The translations under genes and the position numbers were made by a program. From the NCBI RefSeq assembly GCF_009914755.1, contig NC_060939.1: a stretch of DNA of 64,000 nt, one strand, 5' to 3'. Numbering within the stretch: the stretch's first letter is position 1; each line of letters opens with the position of its first letter. Below, one piece after another: positions 1-18,456 of the stretch. The DNA is from the human T2T-CHM13v2.0 reference genome, Homo sapiens. The notes under the pieces were generated by a model. The model was given only the letters and a program-made list of their open reading frames with translations, made no database searches and was not told the DNA's origin.

Positions 1-637
1 GTCAGAAGGTAAGTGGCTCACACCATCGGGCCATCCCACCCCCGTGTGCCACTTCATCTTCCTCTGCCCCCAGGGTCAAGTGACTGGTATTGCGGGCAGC
101 TCAGACGCTGCAGGAGCAGATGGCCAAGTAGGTAACCCCTGCCTCTTTGGCATGATCTGTCTGTCTGTGACCCCTGCACATGGACCCCAGGGGCCACACA
201 CAGCCAACACAGAGCGGGGGCCCTGATTGCCTGAGTTTATGGGCTCTTTAAACACCAGGCTTATAGTCCTTCATGTAGCCGGGCCCAGATCTCAGCCAAT
301 CAATCAAAAGCCGGTCATGGGATGTCACTGTGCTTCCTCTCCAACACATGGAGAAGGCCAGCCTCCCCGGTGCCAAGGCCAACATCCCTGGTCCCAAGGC
401 CAGCTTTATTAAGTGGAGCTTGTTCTTAGAGGTCTTATTAATTGATATACACCCAAATGTATCTGTGTTTCCACAAATCAGTTGTTTCCCAAAAGTCCCC
501 CTGTGGATGAAAAAAGCTAGGGGACAGGGTGACTTGGAAATATGTCTCCTGGCATAAGGCAGATGATTTATTGGTAGAAAAACCAAATTGGGGTCATTTA
601 CTGTCCTTACATAAAATAGTTTCATGCTTGGTACTGA

Positions 638-1048
<411 letters not shown>

Positions 1049-1186
1049 TCCACTTATTTAAAAAGATAAAGGGTGAAAAATAAAAATCGAGGAAAACTCA
1101 CCTAGCTTCGTCGTTTATCAACCGTGCATCCTTTTCATTTTGGCAGTTGAGACTTGAGCATTGTTCTAGAGTGAGTCTTGAAATGT

Positions 1187-1199
1187 TGCCATCTTGTGG
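1187..1199 (-). promoter_or_regulatory. CTCF-like motif
   Basis: TGCCATCTTGTGG is the reverse complement of CCACAAGATGGCA; several CpGs retained nearby. Confidence 0.5.
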
Positions 1200-1334
1200 T
1201 AGAAGAGAGTAACTGCTTGTTTACTCTCTGTGGTCGTATTTATTTCAAGTACTGTATTTGTTGAGGTCCGCTCTGTATCAGGCACTGTACAATAATTGCA
1301 GTCATAACTTTACATTAAGAATAAGGGTCTGCTA

Positions 1335-1643
1335 GCCGGACGCGGTGGCTCAAGCCTGTAATCCCAGCACTTTTGGAGGCCGAGACGGGCGGAACACGAG
1401 GTCAGGATATCGAGACCATCCTGGCTAACACGGTGACACCCCCGTCTCTACTAAAAACACACAAAAAATTAGCTAGGCGTGGTGGCGGGCGCCTGTAGTC
1501 CCAGCTACTCGGGAGGCTGAGGCAGGAGAATGGCGTGAACCCCGGGAGGCGGAGCTTGCAGTGAGCCGAGATCGCACCACTGCACTTCAGCCTGGGCGAC
1601 ATAGTGAGACTCCATCTCCAAAAAAAAAAAAAAAAAAAAAAAA
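1335..1643 (+). mobile_element. AluY with TSD
   Basis: Full dimer, poly-A, TSD AATAAGGGTCTGC on both sides. Confidence 0.95.
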
Positions 1644-1878
1644 ATAAGGGTCTGCCTATGCTGTGGGAGCCTCTTCCTGGGATTGGTGGTGACTGCCATT
1701 CCAGACCCTCCATACCAACTGCATCGTGGGAAGCCAGTACCCTCACACCCCATTCTATTTGAGGTTTTACCCAGAATCTTGGATGCTGAAAGGAGCCTGA
1801 TGGAACAATGCTACCTTAGTCTGCATCATTCATTTCAGGTGAATCAAAAGGTGACTTTTTCCAGCTGTGGCAATTTCC

Positions 1879-2020
1879 CAGTGGTTCTCAGTCCTGGCTG
1901 CACATTGGAATCACCTGCAGGCTTTTAAAAACCACAATGCCCAGGCTTTACCTCCCAGAGACTCTGATTTAATAGTGCAGGGTGAGGCACTGGTATTTTT
2001 ATAGCTCTCTGGGTCAGGAA
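1879..2020. mobile_element. MER5-type hAT-Charlie MITE fragment
   Basis: CAGTGGTTCTCA...CACATTGGAATCACCTG...CAGAGACTCTGATTTAAT. Confidence 0.7.
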
Positions 2021-2116
2021 TGAGAGATGCTATAACATTTAGGACGGGTCAGTCATCACCATTTTTATTGCTATTATAACTGGAAGAATTACCCTCCCAA
2101 CCTTCCTGCATGCGCA

Positions 2117-2161
2117 TACACACACAGACACACACACACACACACACACAGACACACACAC
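2117..2161. repeat. (CA)n microsatellite, interrupted
   Basis: Direct reading. Confidence 0.95.
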
Positions 2162-2892
2162 CTCTGCCCCCTCACCACATTGGGACAGAAATTGGAGAAC
2201 AGCATGCATGGCTCCATCATCTAAAAACTTCATTTGTCTCTCACATTATAAATAATACTTTCCAAGCTTTTGGGGCAATGGGGCGGGGGGGGGGTCTTTG
2301 AGACGCTTTACAAGTTACTAGCAAAGGTATATGGCCAACAGGCCCCTTTTCTTATTCTTGGTCAGTCGAAGGGAGCACCATTTGAAGGTAGGATGGATGG
2401 AAAATTGAGCAAAAGAATACATTCTGGTCACCAAAACGATGTAAAGTGAAACTCCAAGGCACAGCCTGGTAGAGTATGGACAGTTTGGGAAAAATAAGGT
2501 TTGTTTTCTTTTTAAAGGTAAAATCTATGCTATTTCTGGGAATTAATGTTTGTCAGGGGAGAGTGTGTGCATGCACCGACTATTATTCCAGGAGCATTAG
2601 GAGGAATAAAGACATCTCTTTTCCATTCACTTTGGTAGGGACAACTTAAGGGGAAACAAGCATGAATCCCTGCATCCCCGACAGCTCGTCTGGCTCTGAG
2701 GGACTTGGAGAGCCCAAGTTTGTCTTGGACCAGTTTGATGAGCTACCAGGTGCAATTCTGAATGGAATAACTAAGACTTGGCTAAATCAACTCTCGGGGG
2801 GAGTTGGGTAGGGTGTGGGAGAGCCTTGTGTGACAGACCAGTCCCTGTAGGTGGGAGGTGAAGTTTCTCAAACACAGGAGAGGATACATACC

Positions 2893-3277
2893 TGTCTTAG
2901 TGGATTTTTTGCTGCTACAACAGAATACCATAGACTGGGTAATTTATAATGAACAGAAATTTATTTGGCTCATGGTTCTGGAGGCTGGGAAGTCCAAGAT
3001 CAAGTTGCCACATCTGGGAAGGCCTTCTTGCTGTCATAACATGGCGGAGGGCATCACACAGGCAAGAGTGCACACACGTGAGAGGGAAGGGGGCTGAAGT
3101 AATCTTCTCAGGAGGAACTCATTCCTGCGATAATGAACCCAATCTCATGAAAACAGTATCAATCCACTCATTGGGTACAGCCCGCATGGCCTCATCTCTT
3201 AGAGGTCCCACCTCTTAATACTGTTACACTGGGGATTAAGCTTAATGCCTTTTGGGGGACACATTTGAACCACAGCA
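2893..3277 (-). mobile_element. MaLR solo LTR (MST/MLT1A-like)
   Basis: TGTCTTAG...ATACCATAGACTGGGTAATTTAT...GGTTCTGGAGGCTGGGAAGTCCAAGATCAAG...GGGGACACATTTGAACCACAGCA. Confidence 0.85.
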
Positions 3278-3866
3278 ACATTCCAGAGGGGGAAGGTTTG
3301 AAGGAGGCTGTGTCTCTGAAAGGAAGGTAGATATAAAGTCAAAAGAACAAGATTAAAAACTGAAAGGCACCACCTAAAGAGTCTCCAGTTTTCCATGGAA
3401 AACCATTCAATGAAATGTTTAATTCATTGAATGGTTTTCCTTGGGAGCACAAGAAAAATGGTATTGATGGCCATTTAAAACTTTTCTCTGATATGTTGTG
3501 ACTTTCTTTAATTTTCCCACCTTGAGTAAAGTTGGATATATTTATTCACTTTTGTGTGGTTATGTCATGAAGACAGGAGAGACACATTTGCTGCCTCCCA
3601 ATGCTCGGAGATCATTGTGCAGGAAGCAGCAGGATGCTGGGGCAGGCTTGCCCAGTGATGACCTGAACTGGGGACCACAAGGAACCAAGAGCTGCCAGAA
3701 GACAAAAGAGCTCAGAGGGATGGAGGCCAGGGGAAAACTGAGATGTGGGAGTAGGAAGACAACTCCACCCCACCACCACTAAATACAGGAGCACGTGACC
3801 CTTAAGAAGAATGGGAAAGCTGCCATTTAGGTTACAGCATAAATTCCTTCTTTACTGAGATAAAGG

Positions 3867-4295
3867 TGTGAACCCTGAATATTTGATACAAGTCTCAGTT
3901 CATCTAGAAAGTCTATTTTGCCAAGATTGAGGACGCAGGCCTGTGATACAGCCTCCAGAGGTCCTGATGACATGTGCCGAAGGTGGATAGAGCACAGTTT
4001 GGTTTTGTACATTTTAGGGAGACATGAGACATCAATCAACATATGTAAGATGAACATTGGTTCCGTCTGGTCCAGAAAGGTGGGACAACTGGAAGCCAGG
4101 GAGGGGGCTTCGAGGTCGTGGGTAGATAAGAGACAAATGGTTGCATTCTTTTGCCTCTCCAAAGTGACAATCAGATATGCATTTATCTCAGTGACTTTGA
4201 ATAGAATGGGAGGCAGGTTTGCCCTAAGCAGTTCCCAGCTTGACTTTTCCCTTTAGCTTAGTGATTTTAGGGGCTCAAGATATTTTCCTTTCACA
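3867..4295 (-). mobile_element. ERV1 solo LTR, MER4A-like
   Basis: TG...CA termini; reverse complement begins TGTGAAAGGAAAATATCTTGAGCCCC...AAGCTAAAGGGAAAAGTCAAGCTGGGAACTGC; flanks AAGG/AATG. Confidence 0.85.
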
Positions 4296-5061
4296 AATGG
4301 GAAAGAGAAAGGTGGTTGACAGAGAAGGCTGATCTAGAGTTATGATTTTTAACTCAATTCATTTTGGGTGGCAGCAGGATATTCAAGCAGAGACTTCCCA
4401 TAGATATGAAGACATATGTGATAAGGAGAAGGTGCGAATTTAAGACCAGTGGTAAAAATTGGAAAATGTAAGTAAGCAGAATGAAAATTGTCTAGGTATG
4501 ACAGGTTTGAAGTCATAGACCAAGTCCTAGCCCTTTATTTTATACGTGAGGAAACTGAGACCAGAGAGTGGCAAGGACTACTGACATCCTTGAGACAACA
4601 GAGCTACTCCTCCTGGCATCCATGGTTTGACTCCGCCTCTCCTCACTCCCAACTCAGGTCTTGTTTTTGTCTTCTGTTTGCCCAGGTGTCATTTTGGTCC
4701 TGGTAATCTGAACACGGACAATGGTGAACACATGAAAAGCACTTCGCGGGACATGCTGGGGAACCCACTAACCAATAGTCTTTTATTGACTTTCCTTGTG
4801 TTACTGGTTTAAACAAATTTTTTTTTGCTCTTTTTGTTTGTTTTCTAGTAGAGTAGTCACCAATGTTTGTGTAGACAGAGGGTTAAATCTCTGAGTCAGA
4901 ACTCCCCGCTTTCTTTCAGCATATTCAAAGATTTCAGGATGCATGAGCAAAAGGTATCAAATGGTTTCCATTTAAAAGGGGACTTGAAATTGAGCCATAG
5001 GGCTTGGCTGCAGTCCTCATGCTAAGAGATTTCAATGGGGACAGGCTAACCTTTTTATTGA

Positions 5062-5482
<421 letters not shown>

Positions 5483-7051
5483 TCTAACAGATTTTTAAAC
5501 TCATTTTCTTGTTTTTTTCTTCCTTAGGTAGAAGATTATGAAATGTGCAAAAATTGATCATCTGGTTTCTTTTCCTAATATTTATATTTCTTATTTATAT
5601 TTCTTATTTCATTCTCTTGCTTAGTGACTTTGAAAGCACTTCCAGAAGAGAATACAAAAGCAGTGCTAATGCCAGGCGCCTTTGTCTTTTCTCTGATGCC
5701 AGGAGAATGCTCATGAGTGTCTTCCCTTGAGCGTGATGCCGGCAGTCATTTGATGTGCATGTGGAAGTTTTTGGTTATATTATGCAACTACCCTTCCATT
5801 CTCTTTTTGGTGCTCTGGTTGCATGGAAAAGTTATCTGGTGGTGATTTCTGAGACTTTGGTGCCCCCATCACCCAAGGTATCCTTCTATTCTTATATAAA
5901 ACATTGCTATTAGGAGTAAATGTTACTTTTAAAAATTGTTTTTATGCATTTATTGAGACTTTTTTCTTTTTGTGTTCACAGCCTGTCAAATTTTGAATAA
6001 TCTCACAATTTTTTGCAGCTATCCCGCAACCGCAAAGGAGGAGGAATCGGCCTCCCTCAGCTCAGGCTGAAGTCTTTCTCTTTTTAAAAATCAGGATTGA
6101 TGTCTTTGCAGCCATTTTATGAATAGACTTGGGGGTTTGGGTTGGCATTTTTGCTGCCAGCTGGAGGGTCCAGCAAACAGACTCCTCTGTTGGCTCTCGA
6201 CTTGTCATCTCCTGTCTGCAGTGCCAGCCATCACATGTCAAGCCCCTTCAAGCAGTGATTCATGGGGCTCCCAACAGCCTTGACCACACTCATCTTCCAG
6301 TGTTTCTGAGGTCAGAGGTGCTAGCCCTACCCATGAAGCTCAGTTCCCCATGGTTAAGCCTCATTTGTCCATGAGGACTTGGGATGGCCTAGAAAACAGC
6401 TCCAGGAGGTGTTCAGACTTGCTTGGGCCTCCTGTGTCTTGTGTTTATAGCAACAGAGCCCAAGCTGTGACCTGTGAGAAAGCTTCTGTGTTCTGGATCA
6501 GGCCACCCTGAATACCTGGGACCCCCTGAATAGCTTGGAGATGTCATATTTGTTTATTCTGAAACAGAAGGCCAAGAAAACACATTGGAAGAAGCCCTGT
6601 CCCTGCACCAGTGGAGCTGGCCAAACAAGGAAACTGTAACCACAAAGCTAAACCTCATTTTAAAGGCCAAACTGTTTTCTTCTCCTTCCCAGTCCTCAGT
6701 CACAGTTAAATGTTTCAATTATTTGGATCTGTCTTCTCAAAACATGATTACTTTTCTCTTTAATCACTTTTTAAAAATGAAAAAGCACCTTTCCCATAAT
6801 TTACTATTATATACCCATTCTCCACTTAGTAGCCAGAATGATCTTTAAGAGGCATAGATTCCTTTCCAAGTGTTTCTATGGCACTACATGGGCTGGCTCT
6901 GCCCATCTCTCTGACCTCGCTGTGTGACACTCTCCCCCAAGCTCTTTGAGCTCCAGCCACACTGGCCTTTAGTTTATGCACTGAGCACTTCAGGTTCAGG
7001 GAACTTACAAGGATAGGTGGCTGCATACACACCTGAAACCACAAATCAATC

Positions 7052-7361
7052 ATTTTTATTACATTTATCTATTTATTTATTTTGAGATAATCTCACTCTA
7101 TTGCCCAGGTTGGAGCACAGTGGCGCGATCTTGGCTCATTTCAACCTCCGCCTCCTGGGTTCAAGCAATTCTCCTGCCTCAGCCTCCTGAGTAGCTGGGA
7201 CTACAGGCATATGCCACCATGCCGGGCTAATTTTTGTATTTTTATTAGAGGCAGGGTTTCACAATATTGGCCAGGCTGGTCTCAAACTCCTGATCTTGTG
7301 ATCCACCTGCCTCGGCCTCCCAAACTGCTGGGATTACAGGCGTGAGCCACCACATCTGGCC
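7052..7361 (-). mobile_element. AluS with AT-rich tail
   Basis: Antisense dimer. Confidence 0.92.
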
Positions 7362-7941
7362 CTTTATTACTTTTAAAAACTTACAGTAAACTTCACTCCC
7401 ATTGTTGTCCAGTTCTATGACATTTCACAATGCATAGAGTCTTGTAATCACCACCACAAACAGGATACAAAACAATTTCAATATCTAATAGAATTCCTTC
7501 ATGCTGGCCTTTTGTAGTCAGTCCGTTTTCCTCCCATACCCTGGCAACTACTGGTCTGTTTTCTGTTCCTATAAGTTTGCCTTTTCCAGACAGCCATACA
7601 AATGGAATCAGACAGTATAAATCTTTCGAGACTGGTGTCTTTCACTTAGCATAAGGCATTCAATATTCATCTACATTGTTGAGTGTATCAGTAGCTCATT
7701 CCTTTTTATTGTTGAGTAGTATTCCATTGTGTGGATGTACCACAGTTTGTTTATCCATTTATTTGTTGACAAACATTTGGGTAGTTTTCAGTTTGGTGCA
7801 ATTCTGAATAACGCTACCATTATTGTGTACAGATTTTTCTGTGAATGTGAGTTTTCATTTCTGTATGAGACATACCCACAAATGATATTTCTGAGTCAAA
7901 TGGTAAATATATGTTTAATTTTGTAAGAAAATATCAACCTT

Positions 7942-8330
<389 letters not shown>

Positions 8331-8675
8331 TCAGCACTTGGTATTATCAGAATTTCTTATATTAATCATTCTAATTGGTATGTAATGGTATCTCATTGTG
8401 GTTTTCAATTTGCATTTCTCTAATGACTAATGATGTTGAAGAACTGTTCATATGTTTATTTCCCATCTATATATTTTCTTTGATGAAGTGCACTTTCAAA
8501 TTTTTTATTCATTTTTTAAAAATGTATTGTTTTCTTATTGTTGGGTTTTGAGAGTTCTTTATATACTCTGGGCACAAATCCTTTTTCAGATATGTGATTT
8601 GCAAATATTTGACTTATCTTTTCATCTTTTAAGTGTCTTTCACAGAGCAAAATTTTTTAATTCAATGAATTCTAG

Positions 8676-8979
8676 TTTGTTTGTTTGTTTGTTTGTTTTG
8701 AGACAGAGTCTTACTCTGTTGCCCAGGCTGGACTGCAGTGGCGTGATCTTGGCTCACTGCAACCTCTGCTGCTCAAGTTCAAGTGATTCTTCTGCCTCAG
8801 CCTCCCAAGTAGCTGGGATTACAGGCGCCTGCCACTACCCCTGGCTAATTTTTGTAGTTTTAATAGAGATGGAGTTTCACCATCTTGGCCAGGCTGGTCT
8901 TGAACTCCTGACCTCATGATCCACCCGCCTCAGCCTCCCAAAATGCTGGGATTACAGGCGTGAGCCACCACACCTGGCC
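8676..8979 (-). mobile_element. AluS with (TTTG)n tail
   Basis: Antisense dimer. Confidence 0.92.
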
Positions 8980-9229
8980 TAGTTTATCTTTTTTAAAATC
9001 TTGTTTTGTGAGCCAAAATCACAGTAGATTTTCTCTTATTTTTTTACACTTATAAAAATAACAGTTTTATAGCTTTAAAAATTTACATTTAGTTCTATGG
9101 TTCATTTACAGTTAAATTTTGTATATTATGTGATGTATAGGTTGAGACTCAAACTTTGCATATGAATATACAATTGTTCCAGCACTATTTGTTGAAGTGT
9201 TTTCATATCTTTGTCAAAACTTTGAACAT

Positions 9230-10127
9230 TCAATTCACTAAAGAAGATAGATGACAAATAAGCACATTAAAAAATCTTTAACATTCAGAAAAGACCATCA
9301 ATATTTGAAAAATGAAAATTAAAACCATGAATTACCACCACACATCTTTTAGACTGGCTAAAAAGACTAACCATACTAAGTGTTGGTAAGGGTGTAATGA
9401 AGCTGGAACAATCATACACTTCTGATGGGCATGTAAGATGATACAACCACTTTGGAAAGCAGTTTGCCAGTTTCTTTAAAAGTTAAACACATAGTTACTG
9501 TATGATCCAGCCATTCCAACTCCTAGATATTTATCTAAGAGAAATGAAAGCACATGTCCATACAAAGACTTGTACATGAATGTTCATATCAGGTTTATTT
9601 GTAATAGCCAAAATGGTATACACCTGAATGCCCATCAACTAGTGACTAGATAAGCAAAATATGGTACGTGGATATGATGGAATACCTCAGAGCAATAAAA
9701 AAGAATGGACTATTGATACATGCTACAACATGGATGATTCTCAAAGGAATGATGTTGAGTTCAGAAAGCAAGACAAAAAAGTACATTCTATATGATTCCA
9801 TTAATATAAAGGAATATATTATATTCAAGGAATAGTATATAAATTAATATAAAGGAATATTTTATATTCAAGGAATATAAACGAATATAAATGATATAAA
9901 GCAGATCAGTGATTGCCAGGAGATGAGGTGGAGAAGTAGAGAGGGGAGGAAAGAAGGAATTACTAAAGGACACGAAGAAACTTTTGGGGATAATGTTTAT
10001 GTTCACTATTTTGATTGGGCTGATGGTTTTACATATGTATACATATATCAAAATGTATCAATCTTTATACTATAAATATGTGCAGTTTGTTGTAAGTCAA
10101 TTATACCTCAATGAAACTCATTAAAAT
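9230..10127 (+). mobile_element. Old L1M 3' end with internal AT-rich tandem duplication (~9800-9900)
   Basis: ACAACCACTTTGGAAAGCAGTTTG; TATGATCCAGCCATTCCAACTCCTAG; ends GTCAATTATACCTCAATGAA. Confidence 0.8.
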
Positions 10128-10245
10128 TAGCATATTTTGGGGATCTATTTCTAGAATCTCTATTGGGTTTTATTGATCTCTGTGTCTATCCTCTAGTCAA
10201 TACTATACCGTTATGATCACTGTGGTTTTATTTTATAGTATGTCT

Positions 10246-10537
<292 letters not shown>

Positions 10538-10582
10538 CACTATTTTATAGTATGTCTTAAATTGGGTAGTATGAGTCTTTAA

Positions 10583-11050
<468 letters not shown>

Positions 11051-12464
11051 AATAACTCTTCTAATGCATGAGCAGGATATCTCCTCATTTATTTAGGTCT
11101 TTGATAATTTGTAGTTTTTAGCACATTGATCCTGCATATATACTTTGTTAGAGTTATGGCTGAGTATATCATGCTTTTTGGAGCTATTATAAATGGTACT
11201 GTCATGAGCCACCGTGCCCGGCCTATTTACTTTTCAATAGCATGTTATATTGTAATAAAGATAATTTTTTGAAAGATGGAAAAACAAGCACCTAAATTCA
11301 GTTACCAAATTCTGGTGATTAGATTATGGGCTATTTATGTAATTTTTAAAATGTTATTATATAATGGTTAGTAATCATTTTATAACTTCTAACTTTATAA
11401 TTATATGAAACAATTTATATAACAATAATTACCATTAAAATGTCAAGTTATATTATATTATTATATCATTTATAAGTTTATAATTTATAGAATATAATTT
11501 TTATGAATTGCAAATTTATTTAAGCCAGTTCTTTAAAACCTTGTCTGGCCCTTAGAGATGCATACTTAACATATATAGGGATGTAACGAATGATGGTTGG
11601 GATTTGTTTTAAAATACTTTAGCAAAAAAAAAAAGAGAGAAAGATAGGAAAAGGGACAACAAAAGTAAATGTAGAAAAAATGTATAATTGTTGAATCTAC
11701 GAAACATACTAGAGTTCATAATATTCTCCATTTTTATGTCCTTGAAAATTTTTCATAATAAAAATTAAAAATAGCTCTGCACTCTTACTTACTGTCATTC
11801 TCTACTCCTTTACATGGTTTTATTTTTTCCAAATGATTGTCTGAAATTATCTTGTTTATTTGTGTATTGCCTGCCTCCCCCCAAGAAGAATATAAGTGCA
11901 ATAAACACAGGATGTACCTGAGTCTTATTCATTCCTCTTTCCCTAGCAACTCAGTTCCTGGCAGGGAGCAGATGTTCAATTAATTTACCAGCACATTACA
12001 AGTAACATGATTTTTCAAGCAGGTAGTGTGTTGTAGTTGATGGGTAATTTATTTTTGATGTTTTTTAAACAATAAGACCTTAGTACAGCTCTACTTTTTG
12101 TGCCAAAGGGATCCCCGCTCTTTACATAAGTGACCCAGCTCTTTTCTCCTTGCATGGACAGCATGATTTGGATTGATGCAGAGACGAAATCCCCTCCAGA
12201 GTTCTTTACAATCGTTTCATGGCCCCAAATCTGGTTATTTGCCAATCAGTAAAGGCTACAAGGCCCAGCACTTTAATTTGACCAACTGTTAAGTTCTCCT
12301 GTGAGGTTGTTATTTTCTGAGAACTTGGAGGTTTTATAGCCTCAATCTTCCTTTAATTGTTTTAAAGTTATACTAAACGAACAACAGATGTTGCACTCCA
12401 TAAATCTGTTATTACTGGCTTCTGATCAGTTCTTAATGTCAAAGTCCGCTTCTTCCTCTTGTGA

Positions 12465-12878
<414 letters not shown>

Positions 12879-12986
12879 TAGTATTAGAAGAATAACTTTT
12901 GTATAAAGAAAATATGTATTCATGTTCATAAGAGTTGCTGTATGTTCTTCACTGAAGTCTGAAGTCATGGCCGACTTAACATATGA

Positions 12987-13260
<274 letters not shown>

Positions 13261-14262
13261 CAATTACATTTCTATAATTGAAATCATCTGGGCATTGTTG
13301 ATTGAGTTGGCCCATCAGAGTGTATTCCAGGGGCTTCAGGATGGGACCATCACTCTCGTTTTACACTTAAGAGAGGCAATATAGGAGGTCTCTTGGGTCC
13401 TGACTTCTGAAGGTCCCTACTGGCCTTTGGCTGCCACTCTTATTAACGAAGCTCTTCCCCATTTATCCCAGGAGCTCACTCATTTTTTTCAGATGCATCA
13501 GGGGGTCAGAGCTCAAGAGTTCTCATCCCAGATTTTATCATGCTGAATATGCTTTTCCATAGCTTACAATGAGACCTACAGCTACCCCAAGGTGTATTCC
13601 AGAGCTGGAGTATTTCAGGACAAGGAGAAGTTGCCAAACAGTGTTGAATTATAGAGTCCTTAGGATTTACATGCTCTCCAAGAGAGTCGGCTTGGATATT
13701 TGGAAACCATGAATTTATATTACATTGTACAATATTTTTAAGGCCAGGAAAAATTCGTTTTATTCAGTACCTATTCAACAAATATTTTCTGAGATCTTGC
13801 CATGGGCCAGGCACTATAAGATGTGTGGAGATACATGGTCTCTTACCTCATTGTTCATAATTCAGCAAGGAAATGATGCATAAACAACTGGCTAAAATGC
13901 AGAGGGAGGAGTGTGCTAGATTAGTCTTTCCCATCCTTCTTACTTATGATGAGTTTATGTCTGGGAGCTTTAGTGATGGTATATTTTTGGGAGCTATTTC
14001 TTTATGGTAGGATGGTGTCATGCTTTCCACGTATCATCCTTTTAATTCCTTACAAAAAAACCTGATGTTGTAGGCATTATCATCCTCATTTTACAAGTGA
14101 GGGAACTGAAGCTTAGAGAAGTGAGACAGCCCTGAGAGTTCTGCAAGTGGCAAGGTTGGAATTTCAACTGGTCTTTCTTGTTCCCCAACTACAGGAGCAT
14201 ACCCTCAACTAGGAGCAGGTGCCAGGTTATCAGCTGTTTAGATAAGGCTATGTCCCGGTTGG

Positions 14263-14276
14263 ACACTAGAGGGCAC
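14263..14276 (+). promoter_or_regulatory. CTCF-like motif
   Basis: ACACTAGAGGGCAC versus consensus CCACYAGRGGGCRC. Confidence 0.45.
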
Positions 14277-14434
14277 TGAGATAGCAAAACAATCGGAGGA
14301 ATTTGCCTCTGGCTACCACTTTGAAAAACCATAACAAATTGAACTTCCCAAATTCATCTTTGAAGGCGAGTTAACTGTAAATACAGCATTGAGAAGGCAG
14401 GTCTGCACCTACTGCACTCTCTGGTTATAGGTAA

Positions 14435-14820
<386 letters not shown>

Positions 14821-15109
14821 GAATCTTTGTGAAATTGAACTGAATATCTGGGTGCCATCACAAGGCACGTATCTAGCTGGCTTCTGCTCATCCCACAGCT
14901 GATTCCAAATCTGGGGTGTTGTGCAAACAGCTGCCCAGCCGGAAATTGGTCCAAATAAAGGTAGCTTGGTTCACCAATGGGCTGTCTACACACTCCAGAT
15001 ATATCTCCCACTACCCAAAATGAATCGCAAAGGACTGATGCAATCAACATGACTGTCATCCTGAGGGATGCTTCATGAGGCTGAAGTACTAAGATTGTAG
15101 CTTACAGGA

Positions 15110-15513
<404 letters not shown>

Positions 15514-16260
15514 TAGTTTCTAGGTAGCTTTTCTGTCATGTTTACAACTTACAAGAAGTAGAGTATATGGATGAAAATTACTGGGAAAAGCTAGCTCACA
15601 TTTTATGGAAAAAGTATTTAAAAATAATCGATGAACAATATGTCTTCAATGAGTACTTGCTCATGTGTCTGTCTTGTGTGGCAGAAACCAAACAGAGCCT
15701 TTTTCAACCCAGCCACACCCTGGAGTGATGCAATAGTAAATGAGACACAGGCATGGTCACATATTCGGGATATGAAGCCAGCCTGCCAGCTCAGGAAGTT
15801 ACCCCAGAGTCAGACGGGTGGTGGATCAAGGAGGAATGTTCAGAGAGCCTTCCCCACAAAGCATACAGCACAGCAGGGCATAACAGGCAGTTGGGCTCTT
15901 TTTCTCTGTACAGGAAGAGGCAGACTGCAATTTTTTATTTTTATTTTTTGAAGTAAGGAAGTTATGTGACCAGAGCCCTATTTTAGTAAGATAGGTTTGG
16001 TAGCATGATGGGAGATAAGTTAATGCAGAGGCTTAGAGACAGAGAGACCTTGGGAGGAGGGTATGTGGAACTAAGTAAGCACTGGGGAAGAAGGGAGCGT
16101 GTAAGAAATATTTCAGAGCCAAAAAATGACAGTTCTGGATTGTTGATTGAATACGGGAGATTTGGAAGGGAAAGGTACAAATATGGTAGCCTCACGTTCT
16201 TTGAGCATTTACCATGGGCAAATTACTAAGCATTTTACAGGTATTGACTCATTTTAATTC

Positions 16261-16652
<392 letters not shown>

Positions 16653-17137
16653 TAGGGAGGCTCAGTTGTTAGTCAAAGGTCACTTGGTCTTCAGAACCTG
16701 CATTCTTCACGTATTCCACATGGCCTCATCTCCAGTCTGGGTGACATGGGAGATGGTGATGCCACTGGCTGAGATGGGGAAGTCAGGAGAAGGAGCAGAT
16801 GGGCATGTGTATGGAGCGGGAGGGAGGGTGGACAAAGTGGTGTTTTGGATATGTGTAGCGTGTAGATGTTCTGCCAGCACCTCAAGCGGAGATGGTCACC
16901 AGGCCTCGTGTCCCAGTGTGGAGAAGGAACTGGTTTTCATTAAAAATAATGAAACATCTGTAAAAATACCATTGGCTGAGTTTCTCAGTCAAGCTATTCA
17001 AGAAAGGCCGGCTATGCTAACAAACAGGAAGCCCATGCCCCAGCTGAAGATTTGGCCAGAGAGTTAGAAGGAGCAGGTTCATCAACAAGGTGCTCAGACC
17101 CCTGGAACGCCTACAAGAGACCAGGACTAAGCCTTGA

Positions 17138-18456
<1,319 letters not shown>

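Noticed and set aside
15016-15057. KMN..INMTV resembling COL27A1 QMN..CLNMTV
   Set aside because: Spacing is far too short and a better collinear match exists at 15631-15766; probably chance.
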